This document shows positions 12,825-24,583 of a DNA stretch of 47,818 nucleotides, piece after piece. Each line of letters opens with the position of its first letter. The stretch's first letter is position 1. A program made the translations under genes and the position numbers. Under the pieces are notes generated by a model. It had not been told where the DNA came from and made no database searches. It saw only the letters and a program-made list of their open reading frames with translations. Origin of the DNA: Spirogloea muscicola (lineage: Eukaryota); NCBI GenBank assembly GCA_009602725.1, contig WELB01000028.1:234323-282140 (forward strand). The letters run 5' to 3'.

Positions 12825-15470
12825 CTCCACGCGCGGCTGCTGCACCTCGCCGTCGCGGCGCGGCGCCTGGAGGCCGTGGAGCTGCTCCTGCACCACGGCG
12901 CGCTCGCCGACGCCACCGACGACGTGAGCAGGCTCGCCAGCGCCACTCCTCCGCAGCCGCTGGCTAGTCCTCCTGTCTTCCCGTTCCTGGTCTGCGGCTG
13001 ACGGCCTGCGACGGCCGCCGCTGGGGCAGCATGGCGACACTGCGCTGCACTACGCGGCGAGAGCTGGGGACCCAGACGTCGTCCGGGCGCTCCTCGAGCA
13101 CGACGCCAACTACACACTGCGAAACCATGTGAGTAGCTTGCTTGCGAGACAATGTGAGGTACGTGCTTGGCTACTGCATCTTAAGATAAGGAGCTGTGGA
13201 GGTGTTAGTCGGCCCAAGTTGAAATCAGTGGAGGTACCTTGGACGCAGGCTGTGCTGGAGGTCAGGATGTCTAGAGCATGCAGCCCTGACTCCTCCTCTG
13301 CTGTCGAAGGCTGGGAGCATGGCGATGCACGTCGCCGTGGAGGCCAACGACCTGCAGACCCAGGAGGTGCTGCGGCACCGCGCCCTGGAGGTGCCCGCCG
13401 AGTTCAAGTACGTGCAGGGGCAGGAGTGGCACGCGTTCGAGCCGGCCGCGGCATGTGCGCTGGCCTACGAGCTCGGCGAGGGTGCCAACTTCTCAGCCAT
13501 GGTCACTGAGAGCGGGTCGACGTACATTGTCGACTTTGTCCAACGGATACAGGTGTGCCAGTCAAGACGGTCATTGCCTTCACTTGAGAGTCTCAAACTG
13601 TGATGCTAAAAAGATGGGAACATTGTGTGAGGTTTTGTGTGAAAATCGTAGGAAGGCTATCCAGCATGACGCCAGCTGATGCCTGCAGATCAACTTGACG
13701 ACGCTCTACGCGCGGTCGATTGCTTGGAAAGTGGGCGGCGGTGCGTACAATTTCCCCGAACGACCGTTCCAGGGGCTCCACCCCGGCACGGCGAACTCCC
13801 GCCACCTGGCCATGTATCACTCCTTCTTGCACGACCCGGCCCACGGCCTCTTTGGCCTCGCCGCGTCCCCGACTGCTGCCTCCGATTGGCCCCAATCGGC
13901 GTCCATCTCCTCAGATGGCAACGCCGTGGACACTGCGGCAGGGCGACCGCGTGAAGAATTTGACGAGCTGCTCGAGCCTTACGAGCGCCAATCAATACCA
14001 TTGCTGGGTCGACCTCCAGACAGCGGGATGGCTGCAGGCTCAGACTATGGCAGGCAGGCGAGCAACTTTGGAGGAGGCATTCCGTACTCCATCGCGCATA
14101 TCAATTCTGGCGTTCCTCCCTTGCTCGTTGATGAGACTGCTCCAGACACTCCAAGGGACCTGAGGTTACAGAAGCCGGCACATCCCAAGGAGGCAGGAAC
14201 AGCAGCAGTCTTGCCTGGCCGCCAGCCTCCGACTGACTGGGAGCAACACCGGGAGGCTGCACTGGCATCCTGTGGCGGTGCAGGATCTGTTGATCTACTT
14301 TCTGCCAGTGAAACTGCAACCCCTCGCCTAGGATCTGAACGAACGAGAGGGTCAACGTCAGCGCCTCCTGCAAATACTTCACTCGTTACGGTCTCGCTGG
14401 TCATTGAGCAGCTCGCATCACACCCCGGCTACTTCGACCACCTTGACCCTGAGTCTGACGAGCTGCACGAGGTTGCGGTCCTCTTCCTGACGGGCATTGA
14501 AAAGCGTGACGAAGATGGCTTGACTACCGCATTCAAAGAGAGAGGAAGGAAGGGCAGGCCCGTCTCAATCACTGCTGTACACCACATCAATGTGCCGCCT
14601 ACACGCCTCAATGCCTTTCAGCACTACCGGTCAGTAAGCAGGCTTCGAGCTTCTTATTGCTAGAGAAGTCCATCGTGTAGCACTTGGTGAAAGGCTGCAG
14701 CAGTCCTGGCATTGGAGCTTCGACTAACTTTGTCTGCAGCATTTGAGCAGTAGTTGGCTGCACGTACTTGCTGTCCTCTTCTGTGTCCACTGTGTCTTTC
14801 AGGTGGTCCTGACTTTGTGCGTTGTCAATGCACAGAGCGGACCGTGCTCGTGTTCGTGGAAGTGCCAATGAGAAGCAAGCGTGGCACGGCGCTTCCCTTG
14901 AGAGCTTGATCAGGATAATCAAGCATGGCTTTGTCCTTGCTCCAGAGCGACGACTTGGCCAACTGTATGGCCGTGGCGTGTATCTCGCTCCAGAAGAGTG
15001 TGCATACACAAGCGCCCAATTTGCACCTGTTGATCAGAGTGGCGAGCAGGTAACTAATGTGGAGGATGTGTGGCAGCTAGTAGTTGCTGCAGCCAGAGCA
15101 CATCTAGGCCTTGCAAGATCAGAATTCCCCGATGTGACCAAAGTCATGATGGCAAGCAGTTGTGGTTTCTGCTGTGTGGCACTCTCTTGACAGCTACGGA
15201 GCAGCAAGAGACGCCCTCAAAACGTGGCTACTATTCCGGGATTGACTGCTGCTCTTGATGTTGCCGTGCCCGCAGCATCTCCTCCTCTGCCGCGTCATCC
15301 TTGGAGCAGTGGAAGAGATTCCGTTTCAGTCATCCCAATTCGAGCCCAGCAGCCCCGCCTTTGACAACGGCGTCGACAAGCTCGACGACCCGAGCCGGTA
15401 CATCATCTGGGGGAGGCATGTAGCAGAGTACATCCTTCCCACTCACATTGTGAGCTTCCGGTACTCGTGA
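12825..15470 (+). CDS. Ankyrin-repeat + WWE + PARP-catalytic (RCD1/SRO-like) protein; 5' end probably in or before the gap. Exons 12825-12923, 13030-13128, 13310-13552, 13689-14629, 14836-15049, 15276-15470.
   Basis: Two 99-nt phase-0 exons encode LLHLAVAARRLEAVELLLHHGALADATDD and HGDTALHYAARAGDPDVVRALLEHDANYTLRNH. They are followed by AGSMAMHVAVEAND, the WWE-like EWHAFE..YIVDFVQRIQINLTTLYARSIAW, and a PARP domain AWHG..YGRGVYL..LLCRVILG..FDNGVD..YIIW..ILPTHIVSF. Confidence 0.85.
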
Positions 15471-16365
15471 CAGTACGGACATTGGCGAAATGCCCGCCAT
15501 CTTGCAGTGATCTCCTTTCGACCACATTAGCAGCTCCAAAGTACACCTCTTAATCACTCGCCCATTCAAGACTTGCAGGAGGGCCCCCCCTGCTCGCGCT
15601 TTGCTCAGCGTACTGCGTGCGATGCGGTAGAGCCCAGCCACAAAATCGGGCTCTACCAAAGTAGAGCCCAACTTATGCAAAGTGGCAACTGCGAGCCATT
15701 CACGGGTGGGGCCAGACGAAGTGGGGCGGCCGGCTGCCCCGGCAACGAGACCTGGCGGCAGCTTGGCGAGGCAAGGCTTGAGCGGAGGCCGAGCAGAGGG
15801 CGGCTCTAGCGTGCGCGCGCCGCGGAGCAGAGCCGCCGCCCGCGGCTGTGGGCGCCGGCGTCGCAAGCCGGGCCCGCCGCCGCCNNNNNNNNNNNNNNNN
15901 NNNNNNNNNNNNNNNNNNNNNNNNNNNNNNNNNNNNNNNNNNNNNNNNNNNNNNNNNNNNNNNNNNNNNNNNNNNNNNNNNNNNNNNNNNNNNNNNNNNN
16001 NNNNNNNNNNNNNNNNNNNNNNNNNNNNNNNNNNNNNNNNNNNNNNNNNNNNNNNNNNNNNNNNNNNNNNNNNNNNNNNNNNNNNNNNNNNNNNNNNNNN
16101 NNNNNNNNNNNNNNNNNNNNNNNNNNNNNNNNNNNNNNNNNNNNNNNNNNNNNNNNNNNNNNNNNNNNNNNNNNNNNNNNNNNNNNNNNNNNNNNNNNNN
16201 NNNNNNNNNNNNNNNNNNNNNNNNNNNNNNNNNNNNNNNNNNNNNNNNNNNNNNNNNNNNNNNNNNNNNNNNNNNNNNNNNNNNNNNNNNNNNNNNNNNN
16301 NNNNNNNNNNNNNNNNNNNNNNNNNNNNNNNNNNNNNNNNNNNNNNNNNNNNNNNNNNNNNNNNN

Positions 16366-17497
16366 GGCGCGTGGCAGCACGACCTGTTCGATGCCGCGGC
16401 GGCGGCGGGGCCGCCGCCGCGCGGCCTCGAGACGGGCACCAAGCTCCACGTCTCCAACCTCGACTACGGCGTCTCCACCGAGGACCTCACGGTGCCCCCC
16501 CCCCGCCGCCGTCGCCGCTGCCGCCGCCGCCGCCGCCAACGCCGCCGCCACGTCGCTCTTGTCGGCGTTCCTCACGCTCATGGAGCTGCCGCCGCCGCCG
16601 CCGCAGGAGCTCTTTGGCGAGATCGGCGAGCTCAAGCGCTGCGAGGTGCACTACGACCGGAGCGGCCGCTCCAAGGTGACCCACCTTCTCGCCTTGCGCC
16701 TGGCTCTCCGGGCGTGCCCCAGGCAGCGCCGGTGCGCGCGGCGGCGGCCGTCGCGGAGGCCTCGCCGCAGGCTAACCGCTTGGGCCATGGCAGAGCTGCT
16801 CCGAGGAGACGTCCATGGGGCGGCCTCGACGGCTTTGCCAAAGATCTGGGCGCCAGCACGAAGCAGGAGGTCATTGGCAGCTGAGCTCCGGCGTCGCTAC
16901 CTCGGCCACTGCCTCTGTCTGCAGGGTCTGGCAGACGTGGTCTACGCCCGCAAGGCGGACGCGCTCGCCGCCATCTCGCGCTACAACAGCGTGCCGCTGG
17001 ACGGCAAGGCCATGACTATCAAGATGGTCCAGACAATGAGCCGGCTGCCTGCTGACTCCACGCCGGCGCTGCAACCGATGTTGTGAGCCTCTCCTGACGG
17101 CCATTCCATTCCTTTGCTGTGATTGCTGGCTCTCTCTTCGACTTGTCGACAACGCTTGTTTAGTCGCAAGGGTTTGCCGGAGCTTCTCAGTTTGCATTCA
17201 AAAGAAGCGACTTCTTTGGGTCATAAGATTGTGCCGCTGTGGCATGCTTGCGTCGGCAGGGTTCCAGTGTACCCGCAGGGGCGATCACGGGGCTCGGCAG
17301 GCGGGGCTGGCAGTGGCAGGAACCGCGGTGGCGGCGGCGGCAGTGGCGGCGGCGGGGGTGGCGGCGGCGGTGCCGGCGGTCGCGGCGGACGGACCCGCGG
17401 CGGGCGCGGGGATCGCAAGAAGGACGAGCCGCCCAAGTCGGCCGAGGAGCTGGACAAGGAGCTGGAGTCGTACCACGCGGAGGCCATGCAGACCTGA
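16366..17497 (+). CDS. ALY: ALY/REF (THO complex subunit 4) mRNA export adaptor; start lies in the N-gap
   Basis: WQHDLF motif, [54 protein letters not shown] region and C-terminal box [14 protein letters not shown]. Confidence 0.93.
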
Positions 17498-18192
17498 CCG
17501 GCAGACGCGCCTCTCGTTGCCTCACTGGTGGCTGTTGCCTCAGCTCGCTCGCCTGTTCAGAGGGGGCTCAGATTGGCAAGCGTTGCTGCCATGTACCTTA
17601 GCTCTTAGCCCATTCCGCTGCTGTGGGCAAGAGCTAGCTTCCTGCCTCACTCCTTTGTCTCCTTTGTCTCTTGTCTCCCACACTTTGACTTGAAATACTT
17701 CTCAACTCACGCATTCCTTTCCAGAGTCCAGAGATGCCAAATGCTGTCGTCAGGTTGGAGCTTTTGGCACAAAGGGTGCTATCACACGAAGCACCGAGCT
17801 GGAAACGAGGGGTGCACATGATTGCTCTTCTCTACACTTCTCCGGGGGGTCCTTGTGAACAGTCATCCGAGCTTTTGGAGGAGGACAGGGCTACTTCGTG
17901 GTGCCACACAATGTTGAGACTTAGCATCATAAGTAAGGTTTGCCCAAATGTTGATAATGTGTTGAAAAAGTCGTCAGAGGCGGAGTACAAGTTACTAGGG
18001 CACTCATGAGGCTGCTATTCACTTTGCTACTGATGCCACTGCCTGCAACTTGACACCAAAGCCAGCCGCAAGTACGGGACCGGTACTGCCCTTCGTTAGG
18101 CCAATGAAGGCATGAAAGACCAGACAGCATGCCATTGTAGGCGTCCGCTGACCTGGGATGCAGCGGACCTGCTTGCTGGGTCTTCGTCTCAG

Positions 18193-21150
18193 TCATGGCC
18201 GTTGAACCAAAGTCACAAATACGCCATGCTTCGGCTTCAACACAATGCCAGCCTCCGTTGCCAGGGGCTTGCCATCCTCCTGTCCAGGCGCGTGGGGTAC
18301 GAGGCGGAATGTGAACCTCTGGTACAGCCTGATCAAAGTCAGCCGCGCCTCTTCCATGGCGAATTTGTAGCCGATGCACATGCGGGGGCCAGAGCCAAAG
18401 GGGATGTAAGCGTAAGGGTGCCGCGCCTTGGCTTCCTCGCTCGCTGGGTCAAAGCGCTCCGGCCGGAAGGACTCTGCTTGGCAAGAAGTCACCACGGTGC
18501 AAATCTGTTCAGATCAAGCATGATGGAAGAGCGACATAGCAACTCTCTTATTCTGATATCCACTTGGCCAAGCAACAAGCACCACACAAACCTACAGTCC
18601 CATGAGTCTATCACCAACATATGAGATTGCATCTCTGTGGCAGTCGGTGGTACACAAATGGTGCAGGAATGATCACAATAGTAGCAAAGCTGTGTACCTG
18701 GATCTGGGAAGAGCTTGGGATTATGGTGCATTGCATAGACAGGGACAAAGACAGGAACTCCCTTGGGAATCATTAGCTGGCCAGCAGTGGTGTCCTCGTT
18801 AGCCAAGCGCGAAAGGACGGCGCCTGTTGGATAGAGCCTGAGTGTCTCTTGCACCACCTGCATGCATAAACCAAGTCACAAATACAGATAGACAAGCTAA
18901 CAACACCAATGCTCACATGAAAGTGGCCATCTCTATGGCGCTAAGAAATCAGAGGTCAACTTCCAAGAGCTTCGTCACTGCTCATGCTGGTGACGGGCTA
19001 CAGAAGCTTCAAGGCAATCCATGCTGCCACGCTGCCCACCTGTTCGACATAAGGAAACTTGGACAGCTCTTCGAAAGTGGGGTGTGTAACACTGCCGCCA
19101 TCTCCACCGTATTGGTCCTCGTCTCCCTAGAGTTCGACAAAAACCTTATGTCAAGCATTGGAACAGAAGTGCCACAACATCTTCACAATTGCTGATACTT
19201 AAAGCTTGCTCTAAGATCAACGTAGCCCTCCCGTCCCCTATCATACATGCATCCCCTACAATCAGGCTGTTGATTGCTAGTAGAAGACACTGACTGAGCA
19301 GAGTGTGTGTAGATGACCTGAGCTGGAATTTTGTAGTTATCAATTTCGGCCAGCAATCTCTTCTCTGCTTCTGGATGCTTGGACAGCAAGTAGATGGCAA
19401 ATGCCACGGTGTTGGCTGTTGTGTCTGAGCCAGCACCCATGAACTCAGTGACCAGAGAGGCAACCTCTGCATCTGTCAAGCTTCTGCCTGTGTCCTTCGT
19501 ACGGAGACTGCCACAACAGAAGGGGTCAGACTCAAGACTGCCACAATCTTGCAGTGCCAGGTGCATGAAATCCCGTTCGGCAAGCAAGGGCCCACCACAG
19601 AAGTCAAGCCAGCAACTGAAGTGTGAGGAGACGAAGCATGAAGATGCAAATAATTGTGATGCTGTTCAGCATTGACTTGTCTTCTGTCTGAGGATAGCCT
19701 TACCTGGTGAGTATTGAGACCAGGTCCTGCCTTTTCTCATCTGGATTTGCTCGACGATCCTTGATAATGGATAGGCTTGCACCTGCTGTGTAAGTCACCC
19801 GCTGCCTAGCAGCATGTTCCAAAGTTCCAGGTATCTTTCCCAGAAGCTCCTGGGCTGTGAAGACAAACTTTGAGCCCATGAAGAGGCCAATCAGGTTGCT
19901 GAGCCTCAACTCCGTGGTCCGGCGGATGTTCACCGAAAGCATCTCCAGAAGTCTTTTCTGCAAGACTTGCAGAAGCACAATATTAATGCTAAGTCCAAAA
20001 CCCTGCAGCCAAAGTTGACGACGACTGATCGCACTTTCTAGTTGTCGCCTCTGTATATCAAGCCAAGTGGGTTGACAAGGTGCTTACATCTGTTCCCTCT
20101 TCCTGCATGCCAAAGTGAATGCCAAATGCGGCAGTGCCGATGACATCCAAGGTCATGGCCTGTACGAGCGTCAGCATATCCACATGCTTGCCCTCTGGAG
20201 TGCTTGCAAGACGATCACACAAAGTAGAAGCCGCCTTGTGCATAATTTCGCTGTAGTTCCGGAGCCTGTGTGTGTGAAAGAGAGGTAGAACTGTGCCACG
20301 CACACTCGTCCAGTAAGCTCCCCTGCAAAAGTTGACGCGCAGACTTGATAAGTTGGAGAAGAAGTGGCAGCATAACAGACCATTCAAGGCCAATGAGAAC
20401 AATGTGGTTGAAAACATAACGCAACAAGTGCAGAGCAATGAGCACGACAATGTCATGTCAGACATTGATTCCAATAAAAACATTGAGGGTATGGACAATG
20501 TCAAGATACAAGAAAATTAGAGGAAACCTGGGCAACTACGTCACGTACTTGCTGAATACCATTCCTGATTGCGCATTCCGCATGACAAAAGGAGGGGTGG
20601 GTCTATCATGAAAGGCACGGAAGTTCTTGACACAGACATCCTTAACTGCATCAGGATCTGCTACTACAATAAGCTCCGTATTTCCCATCTTGTACTGCAT
20701 AGAAGCGAAGAGGCTGCCCTTCAGCATTCTTATGGTACTCAATGCATGTAAAACGGCAACCCCGTGCTTCAAGAAGAAGTCAATTCAGAGAATGCAGACC
20801 TACCTGTGCTGCTTACTTGTAGAAGCAAGAGACAACAAGGACTGACCAGCCTTGATGGTGACGGCATGCACGGCTGCTTACATGCTGCCAATGTCAAGGT
20901 TGAGTAGGCAGACGGTCAAGAACTACAAACCTTGAAGTAATCTCCGTACTTCAATAGCCATCGGAGGTGACAATCAGGATAGCCCTTCGCTCGTAACTCC
21001 ATCAAGTTTCCCAGCAGCCACTGAGCAGGAGGCCCTTTCAGTTTCTTGGCTGGGTTATCAAGCTTCTCTGCTTTGGAAGCAAAGAAGAACTTGTAGAGCA
21101 AATACGCAATAGCTGCAATAACAGGACCACAATTGGTGAGCACGCGTTCC
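18193..21150 (-). CDS. Cytochrome P450, CYP711 clan (MAX1-like); exact start codon uncertain
   Basis: N-terminal TM plus GPPAQWLLGNL, I-helix AGSDTTANT, ETLRLYP (ExxR), FRPERFDPASEEAKARHPYAYIPFGSGPRMCIG heme motif. Confidence 0.88.
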
Positions 21151-22094
21151 TATTTATGAAGTTGCAGTTTGGGTGCTTAGTATACTCTCTGCAAGCTCAG
21201 TAGTCGAGAATCTGGAGCGGAACTTTATGCAAGTCTGACACACAATCATGGAGTGTCAAGTATGACTTGTGTTGCCCATCATGCCAGCTTCGCAAGAGCG
21301 GTAAGCTCATCGGTAAAGCCCGCGGAGCTAAGGTCTCTTGCTATCTTATTCACACAGCAGTCAAGGGCCTCTAGATTACTCGACTAAAGGGCAGCGATGG
21401 CAAACTAGCAGGCAGTCACAAGCTTTGTCCTCTGCCAGAGATCTGCCTCAGTTCCACACAGCAATGACAAACTTCATAACAGCAGACACGTGCAAGCAGC
21501 CAAGATTCTCCCAGCTCACTAAGTCCGACTAGCTGCACGCATCATGCATGCGACTGTGTGGTAGAAGTCCAAGCTTACCAACACCACAAATCTGAGCACC
21601 GATGATTGCCATGGGAGTCGCGACCAGGGCGCCTTGAAGGTCCTGGACGTGGTCTGACACGCTGCTGGCGGCAACCCTGTGGAACTGCACTATGTGCTGC
21701 CAGGTGCTCTCGTTCGCCACGATCGCCATGGCGAACTACACCAAAGCAGCTCCAAGAAGGCCCTATCCGCAGGCAGCAGGTCTTAAGCTCTGCTTTCTTC
21801 AAGCACCTTGCCGTATAAACTGACTATTTCGCACTTTCCAGCGTCCAATCCTTCCAGCCGCGTCAACGACAAAGGGCCCTGCAGCTCCTCCTTCAACAAC
21901 GTGCCAATACGCACATTAACGGCAGCCGCGTCATCGCGTCCTCGGAGACTCGGGTATGGCATGCGGGAGCTGCGGGCGTCCGTGTCGCGGATGCGGCGGC
22001 CAGCGCGAGTAGCGCCGCCAGGCGCGGAGCGGCGCGGCCGTGCGCCGACAGACAGCGTGGCCAAGCATTGCGAGTTGTTTCCTCTATGGCAAAC

Positions 22095-23460
22095 GGGTCC
22101 ATCCTCCCCCGTTCTGCCATAGCCTCTTCAGGCCCCGCTGCTTAGCTCGTAGTTTGGCCCCTTCGAACCTTGTCAATTCTTTTCGGGCTGGCTTCTCACA
22201 GCCCTTGCCCCCATTGGGAGAGCCACTTCTTCAAACGGTGACTGCGGAAAGCCAGCCTAAAACAAGCAGCTCTGCCAAAGGGGGCGAGGATGTGAAAAGC
22301 CAGTCCCCTAAGAAACGAGAACGAACGAGAAGGCCCACAAAAGCGATAGCAGACTAGAGAATCGCGCGCCCTGAGAGAAGAGGGGCTAGCAAAGCCAGGC
22401 CAGAAAAGGTAGGGGTGAAGGAGGCTCCCCGTAGCGATGGGAGAGAGTGAAGGCGCTCGGTGCGCATGAGATGAACGAAGAGAAACAGCTCATCTATCGT
22501 ATGGCAATGGTTGTGAGAAGGCCCAAGGAAATGAACAAGGTCAAAAGGAGAGGCCAAGCCAAAGCCAATACTTTCATTGCAAGAGAAAAGGAGATTCCAA
22601 GGGCTAACATAACAAAACCAAAGAAGTAAGCTGTGAATGGCCAGCCTAACAAAGAAAAGCTAAAGTGAAGAGGGAATCTAGTACCCACAAGGGAGCAAGG
22701 TAGTGACTCTCCCAAATTGGGCGAGGGCTGTGAAGAAACGAAGGGCTTTTGAGAGCCAGCTCAAAGGGGGAGGAAGACTCTTTTGACTGAGGGCGATGGC
22801 TGTGATTGGCCAGCCTAGAAAAGGAATGCCCGGAAAAAGCAAGAAGGAAGAAAGTGCTCGCCCATAGAGAAGAGGGGCTGGCAAAGCCAGCAGGAATGGG
22901 CTAGAAAGAAGGGGATGGAGCGAGGAGCAAGAAGCTGGCGCAGGTTCTGAGGCACTGAGGCACTGGGGTCTAACCGGGTTGATCGCAAACAGCCAGGGCT
23001 CGTGGGGGCTGGACGCGACTGATGCGGACTGCAGCTGACCGACGGTCGGCCGTTGCAGGCGCCCCTCTCGGGGCCTCCGCATAGCTGTGTGGTTTTGGCG
23101 CCTATCGGCCCACTGAAACTTGTTCTTCTTTCTGGGCTGTCTGTTCACCCATCGCCCTTGCCCCCTTTGGGAGAGCCACTTTCTATTCACTGCCCACGCC
23201 CCCCTATTGGAAGAAGCTCATTGTCCATTCCTTTTGGGCTGGCCTCTCACAGCCACCGGTCAATCTGGCAGCGCCTTCTTTTCAATATCATTCCGGGTGA
23301 CGGCAGGGAGGTGGTCAAGACAGCAAGCGCGGCCAGATTAACTGGTGGCTGGGAGAGGCCAGCCCAAAAGAATGGACAAGGTCTGAAGGAGTCGGAGTGC
23401 TAAGGACTGAGACAGCAGTAAGCGAACTCTCAGTAACCTCTCGGCAGTAGAGGTCAAGGC
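22095..23460. repeat. Island of ~9-10 CRE-family 3'-end fragments between the divergent CYP and SEC14 genes
   Basis: Family A 3' UTR at 22096-22229 (+), several GGCTGG..CAGCC units on - at 22240-22920, + units at 23115-23280, family D on - at 23325-23460. Confidence 0.85.
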
Positions 23461-23840
23461 GGTAACCGGCGGCCAGGTGACGGCACGCCCTGCCTCACGG
23501 GGGACCCGCGGCCGCGCCCGGGGCCGGCGCCACCATCCGCTGGCCTGGCGCCTGCGCGACCCCTCGGATGGCTCCAATCGAGGGTCGATGCTTGCACAAA
23601 GATCCCATCCGTGCGATGTCAAGATCGAACGGCCCGGCGCTGCCGTGCCGCCACCACGTGTCGGGCCCCGGCCCGGGCTTGCCCACGAAGCAGCCGTGGC
23701 CCCGGTCATCAGCGCTGGCACGGAGGGGGGGTGGGTGGGGGTGTTCCCGGAAGCGGGGTGTCGGCGGTGAGCCCCCCACACGGCGCCCAAATCGGTGAGC
23801 GAATGCAGCTTCCGGGCCCTTCCGCGGGCCCCCCCCCCCC

Positions 23841-23910
23841 ATGTGCTTGCCTTCCTTTCCACTTGGCCACTCGGGCCCATCCATCATTCAGGTGCACACG
23901 CCATTTTCCC
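23841..23910 (+). repeat. Family G retrotransposon 3'-end fragment
   Basis: atgtgcttgcct..acttggccactc(g/a)ggccc..catca matches 31639-31700 (-) and, for its first part, 46540-46570 (+). Confidence 0.7.
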
Positions 23911-24583
23911 AGCCGCTGGCTGCGCGCCCGCCGGGTAAAAATATGTATCTGCGGCCTGATTGCGTGTCCTTGAGTGTCAGCCTGCGCCTTCCATCACTCA
24001 GTGACGCCATTGTCCGCCATTCACGGCCACTCGCGCCGCGGCGCCCGCTCTCGCCGCAGCTGCGCGCCGCCTCCGGCGTCGCCGCCGCCGTCGCCGCCGC
24101 CGCCGCGCAGCGCTCTCTTGCAGGCGGCTCCGTGCGCCTCGTCTGGCGGTGGTGCCAGTGCCTCCTGGCGGCACCTCACCGTCTCTCACCGTTTCGGGCG
24201 CATCGCGTGCGCCTCTGACGCCGTTCACGGCCGAGCGCGTGGTTCTGTCGAGCGGCGAGGTCTGGACTGCGTGAGACTCTTGAGACTGCAGCTTTAGCGG
24301 CTTCGGCAGTCAGTGGGGCAACCAGTGAAACAATCAGGCAAGTCAGCTAGTGAAGACGTTGCCCTGCATCAGGCAGACCTATTGCATCAAAGTTTGAGTG
24401 TCAGTGACGTCCGAGACTTTTCAACGGTGCAGTGGCAGCAGCAGGCTAGCATATATCTGACCTGATTCATCTGACCTGCTGGTTCCAGCGTGAACAAGCT
24501 ATGTCTTCGGTGTGTCTTGCCGATGCCTTGTTGTTGCCGTCGCACTGATGTCGTCACTGCTCGCGCAGGACGATTGTGCCACC

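Noticed and set aside
15330..16884. Long ORFs spanning N runs (also at 12589-12721, 32042-32523 and 43529-43865)
   Set aside because: Artefacts of assembly gaps, which fall at (GCC)n-rich gene 5' ends.
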